Of a stretch of DNA of 52,643 nt, positions 46,069 through 52,643 are shown one piece after another. The position numbers were made by a program, and so were the translations under genes. This stretch comes from an uncultured Candidatus Bathyarchaeia archaeon (GTDB lineage: Archaea; Thermoproteota; Bathyarchaeia; Bathyarchaeales; Bathycorpusculaceae), in contig CAYGJP010000001.1 of NCBI GenBank assembly GCA_964350175.1, positions 3,147 through 55,789 of the forward strand, in the 5' to 3' direction. A model generated the notes under the pieces. The model was not told the origin of the DNA and made no database searches. It was given only the letters and a program-made list of their open reading frames with translations. How positions within the stretch are numbered: position 1 is the stretch's first letter; every line of letters begins with the position of its first letter.

Positions 46069-46403
46069 GCCGATTCTTCCCTTGTCACGGCGCACAGGTT
46101 GTTGACTGTTTGCGAGAGCAGTTCGCCCAGCGCGATGGGGATGCCGTTTTCTTCGCCCAGCAGCTTCTCCAGCGTCAGCGGCTGACTTGACGGTTGCTCT
46201 TTTAGGGCTGCCCAGATGGTTTCAGCCTGTATGGCTATGAAGTCGCTGCTCAACACCTGCCCCGACACAGGGTGGTAGCGGGTGTGTTTTTGGATGATGC
46301 GGCTGCGTTTTGCCCAAGTGATTTCTTGGAAAACATAGTTGCCCACGTATTCTGCGCCGTATTCAGCGCCAACTTCCAAAGTTTCTTTGCGCATTAAGTC
46401 CAC
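45921..46403 (-). CDS. tail assembly chaperone, 0-frame product (G-like)
   Basis: Position between the tail-tube-like and tape-measure-like genes. The last ~48 aa, after the slippery site, are S/Q/N/P low complexity. Confidence 0.6.
   Translation of the reverse strand: MDLMRKETLEVGAEYGAEYVGNYVFQEITWAKRSRIIQKHTRYHPVSGQVLSSDFIAIQAETIWAALKEQPSSQPLTLEKLLGEENGIPIALGELLSQTVNNLCAVTREESAFLSEPSDAKNPTPQSQTSAYAKNSDGSQQNSQNSQPKLSSSSPSSSTK
46062..46068 (-). other. slippery heptamer T_TTT_TTA (X_XXY_YYZ) for -1 ribosomal frameshifting
   Basis: The + strand reads taaaaaa at 46062..46068. I verified the 0-frame codons GCT|TTT|TTA from ORF phase (start 46403) and the -1 codons TTT|TTT|ATC from the phase of the 46095 ORF. 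Confidence 0.6.
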
Positions 46404-46404
46404 C

Positions 46405-47262
46405 TCAGGTTATGGTGAAGGTTTTGGCGACAAACTCCGCTTTGAGACTCACGAGTTCTTCTATGCGTGTTGGCGCGGCAACGTTTTCCCATTTACAGTT
46501 GCTAAAAACGGCTTTGCTGGTTCCGCCTAAACCAAACTCCAAAGTGAATTCGGCGTCGTTGACGACGTTGTCGAATTCTTCTTTGCTTTCAAACTCGAAA
46601 ACCACTTCGCCTGTGAGGTTGCGGTGCCTATGCGGTAAGTACTTCAGGATGTGGCCGTTGGTGCTGCGTATGACGGGGACGCTTTTGAGGTTGTTTTCCA
46701 CGCTAAATTTCCAGTCAGTGACGCGGTCCAGCGTGGCGGTGTCTTTTTTGATGTAGCTCTCGTAGAACGGCACCGCTCCAACGTAGTCGGCGTAGGTGGC
46801 ACCTGAAATCTTCGCGGTTCCCGCCGTGAGGTTTTGAGCAAGCAGCTCCACGTTCGCTTTCACGACTTCTTCGATGCTGCATTCCACGGTGAGTTTTTGG
46901 AATTTGCAGCCCGAATACAAAAGCGAAATTATGTCAGTGGCAGACGCGAAGACGCCCTTGTAGTAGAGCAGTTGGATGCTCAGGGACTTATCCAGTTCGT
47001 TTCTGGCGTACTGGAGAAAGTTTATGGGTGCATCGCTTGGCAACGGATACGCAATTTTTAGACTTGGCGCTCGTAGTCCTTTCTTTATCGCTTGCAGGTC
47101 AACGCTGCCGACTCCACGCAGCTTAATGTTGTTTGGATTCACCGTTGGCTCCAAGCTTTCTGCGGGGATGCCCAGCATCGTGGGGTTTGTTGGGGTTTGC
47201 CCGTAAGCCGTTTCGTCCACGTAGTAGACGCGGCTTTCGTGGGCGCTGTATGTTTCTGGCAT
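46405..47262 (-). CDS. major tail (tube)-like protein
   Basis: Beta-rich 285 aa with 'LTGEVVFEFESKEEF...AEFTLEFGLGG..KAVFSNCKWENVAAP...LVSLKAEFVAKTFTI'. It lies immediately upstream of the frameshifted chaperone. An HK97-fold capsid is not excluded without modelling. Confidence 0.55.
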   Translation of the reverse strand: MPETYSAHESRVYYVDETAYGQTPTNPTMLGIPAESLEPTVNPNNIKLRGVGSVDLQAIKKGLRAPSLKIAYPLPSDAPINFLQYARNELDKSLSIQLLYYKGVFASATDIISLLYSGCKFQKLTVECSIEEVVKANVELLAQNLTAGTAKISGATYADYVGAVPFYESYIKKDTATLDRVTDWKFSVENNLKSVPVIRSTNGHILKYLPHRHRNLTGEVVFEFESKEEFDNVVNDAEFTLEFGLGGTSKAVFSNCKWENVAAPTRIEELVSLKAEFVAKTFTIT

Positions 47263-47269
47263 TTGTTTT

Positions 47270-48247
47270 TTACACTCCTATGTTCTCAAAAAACCATGAT
47301 TTCACCGTGAACTCGGTGCGGAAAATGAAGGGCATAACGTCCACGCGGTCTAAATCTCGGTAGTTGACAACGTCGCAGTACGTTATGCCGTTCACCGTGA
47401 CCACCGCGCAAGCGTAGTCGCAGTGCAGAACTGCGGGTGTCTGGGCGCTGGCGGGGTTGGTTGTTCGGGCAAGAAACCAGACGTAGCCGTCTTCGTCTAT
47501 GTAGTCTGGCATGTTCACTGTTAGGGGGATGGCGATTGTTTCGTCGCTTCCGCCTGTGCCGCCTGACTGCGCATTCTCCCATGAGCAACTTTCGCTGTTC
47601 CACGCTTTCACGGTGACCCCGTTGCCGCTAGGCGCCGTGCCGAATCCTTCAAAGGACAGGACTATTTTCTTGGTGGTTTTTTCTCTACTTTCCACTTTGA
47701 AGCCAAAAAGAACAGCCGCATACGCGCCAACTTCGTTTACGCTTAGTTGGTAGCGGTTGTCGTCGCTTGCCCAGAACTTCTGATAACCCTCACTTGCCAG
47801 TTCAGTCCAAGCGTTTGGCGTGTAAGGCGAAGCTTCAATTTTGCCAAAGTAGGTTTTGTGCGTTTGGCTGCCTGCCCCCAGATTGTAGAAGTCGTAGGTG
47901 GTTTCGTTGGGTCGGATGCGTTTTTGCCGCACGACGCGGTTGACTTCTTCCACGATTTTTCCTCGCATGACCCTGCCCGATTCGCCTGCGCCTGACTGCT
48001 CCGATGTCCACACGTTAACCCGTAGAACTTGCAGTCGTTTGCGCCATTTTCCTGTTAACTCGATTTTCTGGTCTGCGCTTTCAGCAAAGCCCACGGTGAC
48101 TTGCCCGTCAAAGCCCTTGATGGCTTCCGCATTCTGCCACTCCCTGGTGACGTTTACATTGGCTAAACCGCCGTCGTCCTTGACAACGCGCAGATTCGTC
48201 TTAAGCAGCCTCGCCACCGTTGCAGATGCCTCTTCGGTTTCACTCAT
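47270..48247 (-). CDS. putative tail-completion/terminator-like protein with a large internal insertion
   Basis: The N-terminal ~115 aa and the C-terminal ~40 aa resemble small neck/tail-terminator proteins. The middle ~170 aa ('GFKVESREKTTKKIVLSFEGFGTAPSGNGVTVKAWNS...') looks like an inserted beta-sandwich. Support is weak. Confidence 0.4.
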   Translation of the reverse strand: MSETEEASATVARLLKTNLRVVKDDGGLANVNVTREWQNAEAIKGFDGQVTVGFAESADQKIELTGKWRKRLQVLRVNVWTSEQSGAGESGRVMRGKIVEEVNRVVRQKRIRPNETTYDFYNLGAGSQTHKTYFGKIEASPYTPNAWTELASEGYQKFWASDDNRYQLSVNEVGAYAAVLFGFKVESREKTTKKIVLSFEGFGTAPSGNGVTVKAWNSESCSWENAQSGGTGGSDETIAIPLTVNMPDYIDEDGYVWFLARTTNPASAQTPAVLHCDYACAVVTVNGITYCDVVNYRDLDRVDVMPFIFRTEFTVKSWFFENIGV

Positions 48248-49665
48248 TAGTTAATTAGCCTCCTGCATGTGGCTTTGCGAAACGCGGTTTCGCCCTTGAA
48301 CATGTAGTCCTGTACGGTGAGGATTTCGTAGTCTTGGCCGTTTCGGCGGATTTTGTCGTGTTGCCGCACAGGCGCGAAAACGTGCATGGCGAAATAGTCG
48401 TGGGTGACATAACCTGGTTCCAACAGAACCTCTTCGGTTTTTGTGGGCAAAACGATGGCTTTGACGTCTACGCCTTTGCCGTAAACCGTTCTGTCGCCCG
48501 CTTGGGTCAGGGGGTACAGTGTTAGGTTTTCGCCTTTGCTGTTTAGAACCTGCGTGAACCGCGTAACAGGCGCCTCGTAACCCAGTAATAGTTGCGCTAG
48601 CCAACACACCGTAGCCGTCGCTTGCTTGTTCTCCACAAAACTGTAGTCCGCGTGCTTGACGCCCCAAAACATAAACTCGTCTGCATGTGCCGTGATGATG
48701 TTGACGCTGAACTCGTAGGCGGATTTGTCGTGGTCACGGCGAATCGGCGCCAGAATCCCCGAGGTCACTGCGTCGTAGTAGTCGCAGGTGGGCACTTTTG
48801 ATACCGCGTCAAGGTACCCTGCCCAGCACACAGCAGGATTATAGGCTGGATACGCTTGCGAAGCGCCGATGGCATTAATGTAGCTGTAGGCTTTCTGCAC
48901 TGTGCCGCTGTAGCCTTCGTAATCGTAAAGCCCAAACAGCGCGTAAGCCAGCGAATCGTCAATTATGACGCGGTCAGCTTGGTCCACACGGTGCCAGCCT
49001 CCGTCCCCAGCAGGCAGCGGACTATAATGGTCAAAGCATTCCTCTAAGCCAACACGGTAAAAATTCACCGCGTCCGCCATAATTGCTTCATACTGAGTCT
49101 TGTTTGCTGGGTCCGCTTCGCACAGCATCCTCAACGCAGGCAGCCCGTGGAGGCAAACCACATCCATCTCGGGGAGCCACTGGTCCCCAAGCGAAACAGC
49201 CCTCGCAAACCCACCGTAAAAGCGGTCATGCACGCCCAACTGGCTTGGTTTATGCTGCATGTTGAACAGAAAAACGTTGCCCGCCAATACTGCCCCCTCC
49301 AAATAGGCGATGTTGTTTGTGAGTTCGTAGGCTTTCAGCAGCGCAGGCACCGTGCGGCACGCATCCACAGCGTAGTACTCTGTGCTGGTTTCTTGGCTCT
49401 TGAAACCCCCGTAAGCCAGCTTATTTGCATCTGTGCATTGTTGCGTGAGGATCCAGTCGGCAAGCTCCACGATTTTTGCTTCTATTTCGCTGCTTCGAGC
49501 GTCGAACTGGGGGTGGAAGTAGGCTTCGAACAGAAAATCCACTGCGAACGCCGCGGAAAACGCTGCTTTTCCCCATGTCTGGTCGGGTCCAACATCTGGG
49601 ACCACATAGAGGTACGGCGCATACTCCATGACGTACTCGTAGTAAGCTTCAGGAACCTTTGGCAT
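48247..49665 (-). CDS. fusion of an (alpha/alpha)6-toroid-like domain with a head-closure/head-tail-joining-like C-terminal domain
   Basis: 'LADWILTQQCTDANKLAYGGFKS' and 'RFYGGFARA' are toroid-type repeats. The C-terminal 'GVDVKAIVLPTKTEEVLLEPGYVTHDYFAMHVFAPVRQHDKIRRNGQDYEILTVQD' is head-tail-joining-like. I chose the ATG at 49665, 5 nt after the upstream stop. Confidence 0.5.
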   Translation of the reverse strand: MPKVPEAYYEYVMEYAPYLYVVPDVGPDQTWGKAAFSAAFAVDFLFEAYFHPQFDARSSEIEAKIVELADWILTQQCTDANKLAYGGFKSQETSTEYYAVDACRTVPALLKAYELTNNIAYLEGAVLAGNVFLFNMQHKPSQLGVHDRFYGGFARAVSLGDQWLPEMDVVCLHGLPALRMLCEADPANKTQYEAIMADAVNFYRVGLEECFDHYSPLPAGDGGWHRVDQADRVIIDDSLAYALFGLYDYEGYSGTVQKAYSYINAIGASQAYPAYNPAVCWAGYLDAVSKVPTCDYYDAVTSGILAPIRRDHDKSAYEFSVNIITAHADEFMFWGVKHADYSFVENKQATATVCWLAQLLLGYEAPVTRFTQVLNSKGENLTLYPLTQAGDRTVYGKGVDVKAIVLPTKTEEVLLEPGYVTHDYFAMHVFAPVRQHDKIRRNGQDYEILTVQDYMFKGETAFRKATCRRLIN

Positions 49666-49670
49666 GGTTT

Positions 49671-50024
49671 TCAGGCGCTCCCCACAACCGGCGGCTTCAA
49701 CGCGCTCAACAAGCGTTCCAGTTCTTGCTGTAAAATGCACAGCGGCGGCGCCTTATCCAAGACGCTCACGTTCTGGTCGCCCACGCTAAAACTCAACCCA
49801 ACCGCAGAACCACCCGTCAAGTAGCAAACCACATAAACCGCCGCCAACAAAACGATGCACTCTTTCTCCGCATCCGCGCAGTTTGCAGAGTCAATTTCTT
49901 TGCCAAGTTCAAGTTCAATTGTGACCGTTGCGCGTTTAACCATTTTTTGAAGCTTAACGTCGGGAACATCCACAACGCTAACATTGATGGCGTCGCGCAC
50001 GTCGCTGAGGGCTACGTTTGCCAA
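49671..50024 (-). CDS. gp6-like head-tail connector protein (tentative)
   Basis: 117 aa, 'LSDVRDAINVSVVDVPDVKLQKMVKRATVTIELELGKEI' pattern. TTG start with AGGTGA 5-6 nt upstream. First gene of the packed operon. Confidence 0.5.
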   Translation of the reverse strand: MANVALSDVRDAINVSVVDVPDVKLQKMVKRATVTIELELGKEIDSANCADAEKECIVLLAAVYVVCYLTGGSAVGLSFSVGDQNVSVLDKAPPLCILQQELERLLSALKPPVVGSA

Positions 50025-50029
50025 ACAGG

Positions 50030-50056
50030 TTCACCTTCACACCCAAAACAGGTGAA
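50030..50056 (-). promoter_or_regulatory. 7-bp hairpin able to sequester the Shine-Dalgarno of the first connector gene
   Basis: On the minus-strand RNA, UUCACCU (50056..50050), a 13-nt loop, then AGGUGAA (50036..50030), which is the SD. Direct repeats AAACAGGT also occur at 50023 and 50046 on the + strand. Confidence 0.35.
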
Positions 50057-50181
50057 TACTGTAGATTTAAGGAATTTTCACGAAATAAAACCCAATTACT
50101 GACCAGATTAACCAAAAAGGCGTTTGGGCTAAGTATTAATCAAAGGTGTTTTTGGGCATTCCGCGAGTACGCATGTGTTTT

Positions 50182-50511
50182 TTAGCTGGGCAGCAGAATT
50201 CTGACGAAGTTTTGGATTTCTTTGGATATCCCTTTTATGTTGTCTGCTTTTTGTTGTCCTTGGCTGGTTAAGGTGTACACTCTGCCTGGGTTTTCTCGGA
50301 CGGTTCTTATCCAACCCTTGCGCTCCATGTTTGAAAGTTTAGAGTAGACCGTGCTTGGGCCTACCCTGACGCCGAATTTTTTTGTGATGGTGCTGTTTAC
50401 TTCGTATCCCGTCATGGGTCTGTGCGCTAACATTTGTAGTATAACTAAATCGAGGTAAGCTAGTAAACTTCGATGGCGGATGCTTGGTTTTATTTCTGTT
50501 TTGGTCCCCAA
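50182..50511 (-). CDS. PadR-family transcriptional regulator
   Basis: 'LDLVILQMLAHRPMTGYEV...VGPSTVYSKLSNMERKGWIRT'. Confidence 0.85.
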   Translation of the reverse strand: MGTKTEIKPSIRHRSLLAYLDLVILQMLAHRPMTGYEVNSTITKKFGVRVGPSTVYSKLSNMERKGWIRTVRENPGRVYTLTSQGQQKADNIKGISKEIQNFVRILLPS

Positions 50512-50779
50512 CTACAACTTTCTCCTTTCGCAGGCAAGATTAACTTAATCTTTAATCCTGTGTGCTCTTAAAAATTAAACCACACCGTGTATAAATCACT
50601 ACCTAAACCCAACAGCCAACACAGTAAATGTTCAACACAAATACTCAAACTGCATCATACTCAAAATTAGACTAAAACTAATAGTACGATTCCAAAGCAG
50701 CCCTTATAAGTCCTCTGCGGCAACCTGCAACCAGATAGTCAAGCCAAAAACGTGGCTCAGAACGCTGCGCCAGCTGGAG

Positions 50780-50962
50780 TTGAATGATGTGCCTCGCAAA
50801 TGTGTAGTTAAAGTCTGGCTAAGCACCGAACAAAGAGGCATCCTAGACGAGTTAGCAAGGCGGCTGGGCGCCAGCGAAAGCGAAATCCTACGCATAGCCC
50901 TCCTAGACTACGCCAAAGAACTCAGCATGGTCAAAGAACACGTCCACAAAGGACAAAACTAA
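50780..50962 (+). CDS. ribbon-helix-helix (CopG-like) protein
   Basis: 'VKVWLSTEQRGILDELARRLGASESEILRIALLDYA'. Divergent from PadR. TTG start. Confidence 0.6.
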   Translation: MNDVPRKCVVKVWLSTEQRGILDELARRLGASESEILRIALLDYAKELSMVKEHVHKGQN

Positions 50963-51059
50963 CTCAATTTACTGATTTGTCGCCAAATTCCGTTTGAGTC
51001 TTGAACAATCGATAATGCAAAAAGTGTAATAGTTTGAGTATGTAAATATTCGGTGGTGG

Positions 51060-52385
51060 TTGAGTATGAAATATGACGTAGCCGTCTTAGTTTTCTTGTT
51101 TTTGTTATCTCAACTATTAGTTGTGGCGTTGCCTGTTGAGGCAGACTCTGAAGCGCCTCAGGTGCAGTGGAGACAAACCTACAGTGCAGGATACAGTTCA
51201 GGACCAAATAGTGGGATTCGGTCAATGGCTCCTACAAGCGATGGAGGATACGTCTTAGCAGGGACAGCTATGTATCTTGGTGACCCTCAAAGGTTCACAA
51301 GTGACATGTGGCTTGTAAAAACCAATGCGTCAGGTGAGGTGCAGTGGACACAATCCTACATGAACTTAGCAAACGCTTATTCTGTTGTGCAGACAAGCGA
51401 TGGAGGATATGTATTAACTGGTGGGGGTCATTTAGTTAAAGCTGATTCTTCTGGGAACATTCAGTGGAACCAAACTTACTCTAGTGGCGGAACAATGTGC
51501 GTGGTGCAAACAAACGACGGCGGCTACGCAACTGCAGGAACAGTAAAGTCGGCGAACTACACTTTTTGGCTTGTTAAAACAGATGCCTTTGGCAATTATC
51601 AGTGGAACCAAAGTTACAGCGGACACGGAGATGAGATAGCGTGGACCCTCATACAGACAAGCGACGGAGGATACGTCTTAGCGGGAGGTTCCAGCTCTGG
51701 AGACTATGGCTATTTAGTTAAAACGGATACTTCTGGCAGTATGCAGTGGAATCAGACATACGGCGGAATGCTATATTCAGTTATTCAAACAAACGATGAT
51801 GGATATGCTCTTGCAGGTAACGTGATTGCAGCCTCGGGTAGCAATAATATGTGGTTAGCTAAAACCGATTCCTTAGGTAATATGCAATGGAACCAAACAT
51901 TCGGTGGAGGGGATGCTTGGTCAGTAATCCAGACAAGCGATGAAGGCTATGCCTTAGCAGGTAGCTCTAGCTTGGTAAAAACTGATTCGCCTGGAAACAT
52001 GCAGTGGAATCAAACGTACAATGGAACGGCTTATTCCGTGGTTCAGGTCAGTGACGGAAGCTACGTGTTGGCAGGTGGCGATGCAGGCATCTTCTTTAGA
52101 GGCGCATGGCTGATGAAAATTGCAGCTATCGCTACTTCGCCTTCAACTTCTACGGTTCCAACGTCGTCTCCGAGCCAATCTTTCACACAGCAGCCTACTC
52201 CTTTGCCCAGTTTCAGCCTTACCCCAAACGAAACCCCTTCGCCTAGTTTATCGCCTTCATCTTTGCAACAAGAGAATAACTCGGTGCCAGTGGATGTCAC
52301 CTTAATCGCGGTAGCAACAGTTGCTACAATAGCGGTAACCGCAACAATAGCGTTAGTAGTGGGTGCTAAGAAGAGACGCAAATAG
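51060..52385 (+). CDS. secreted repeat protein (seven ~40-aa 'SDGGYVLAG...LVKTD..GN.QWNQTY' repeats), PT-rich linker, C-terminal TM anchor + KKRRK
   Basis: Signal peptide 'VAVLVFLFLLSQLLVVALPVEA'. The repeats were read directly from the translation. C-terminus 'LIAVATVATIAVTATIALVVGAKKRRK'. Confidence 0.8.
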   Translation: MSMKYDVAVLVFLFLLSQLLVVALPVEADSEAPQVQWRQTYSAGYSSGPNSGIRSMAPTSDGGYVLAGTAMYLGDPQRFTSDMWLVKTNASGEVQWTQSYMNLANAYSVVQTSDGGYVLTGGGHLVKADSSGNIQWNQTYSSGGTMCVVQTNDGGYATAGTVKSANYTFWLVKTDAFGNYQWNQSYSGHGDEIAWTLIQTSDGGYVLAGGSSSGDYGYLVKTDTSGSMQWNQTYGGMLYSVIQTNDDGYALAGNVIAASGSNNMWLAKTDSLGNMQWNQTFGGGDAWSVIQTSDEGYALAGSSSLVKTDSPGNMQWNQTYNGTAYSVVQVSDGSYVLAGGDAGIFFRGAWLMKIAAIATSPSTSTVPTSSPSQSFTQQPTPLPSFSLTPNETPSPSLSPSSLQQENNSVPVDVTLIAVATVATIAVTATIALVVGAKKRRK

Positions 52386-52390
52386 CAAAT

Positions 52391-52643
52391 TTACTTTTTT
52401 CTTTTCTTGACGTAAAACATGGCTGCTGCTGAAATTATGATTGCTGCAACTGATACGCCTAATGTGACTATTAGTGGCCAAGAGAAGCTTTCGTTTTGTG
52501 GGGTGTTTGGAGTGGCTTGTGGAGACAGGGAAGGTTCAGGTGTTGGGGTTTGAGTATGGTTTTCGCTTGGTGAAGTTGCTGGTAAATCAGTTGCGGAAGG
52601 CGAAGGTGATGTGTCAGGGATAGTTATGGTCTGTGTGTTACTC
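52391..52643 (-). CDS. C-terminal end of a convergent surface protein (5' part outside window)
   Basis: Manual translation ends ...PTPEPSLSPQATPNTPQNESFSWPLIVTLGVSVAAIIISAAAMFYVKKRKK*. It has the same PT-linker + TM + basic-tail design as the neighbouring gene. Confidence 0.5.
   Translation of the reverse strand, partial: SNTQTITIPDTSPSPSATDLPATSPSENHTQTPTPEPSLSPQATPNTPQNESFSWPLIVTLGVSVAAIIISAAAMFYVKKRKK

Larger units (their letters stand above)
27757..50600 (-). mobile_element. mosaic provirus-like / mobile region (TerL operon + accessory island + connector/tail operon); boundaries approximate
   Basis: Viral hallmark genes (TerL, HK97-gp10-family protein, tail chaperone frameshift, tail tube/hub-like proteins), TA modules, and an AT-richer cargo block. 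I found no integrase, att repeats or tRNA target. Confidence 0.45.

Overview
Archaeal chromosome segment, identified by the archaeal S13-S4-S11-RpoD-L18e-L13-S9-RpoN operon, AglB oligosaccharyltransferase, a family-B DNA polymerase and a pilin with a class-III signal peptide. The lineage cannot be fixed without a search. Positions 1-27.7 kb hold ordinary housekeeping genes: topoisomerase IA (partial), N-glycosylation genes, PolB, an RNA m5C methyltransferase, agmatinase, two tandem MoeA, inositol-1-P synthase, the ribosomal/RNAP operon, a pilin + Roadblock-like cluster, a serine-pathway operon ending in DUF1015, and a DEAD-box helicase. Positions ~27.7-50.6 kb look like a mosaic mobile/viral region, mostly on the minus strand, in three parts. 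(i) A five-gene, overlap-coupled operon in which a terminase large subunit is followed by an ABC-ATPase-GNAT fusion instead of a portal. (ii) A visibly AT-richer accessory island (32-43 kb). It carries an HNH nuclease + HEPN-like pair, a wHTH/84-aa/Rossmann-like cassette behind a helically phased GTTAAT operator, two toxin-antitoxin-like pairs, and an astacin-type metalloprotease with a duplicated Cys/Tyr/Arg-rich tail. (iii) A tightly packed head-tail-connector + non-contractile-tail operon (50.0 -> 43.2 kb) with a canonical T_TTT_TTA -1 frameshift site in the tail-chaperone gene. I could not recognise a capsid, portal, protease or integrase gene anywhere in the window. The window ends in two convergent repeat-rich surface proteins. 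I saw no rRNA, tRNA or CRISPR array. All family calls rest on motif recognition by eye, and no database search or statistic was computed. Several small genes below the ORF-track cutoff were found by manual translation.
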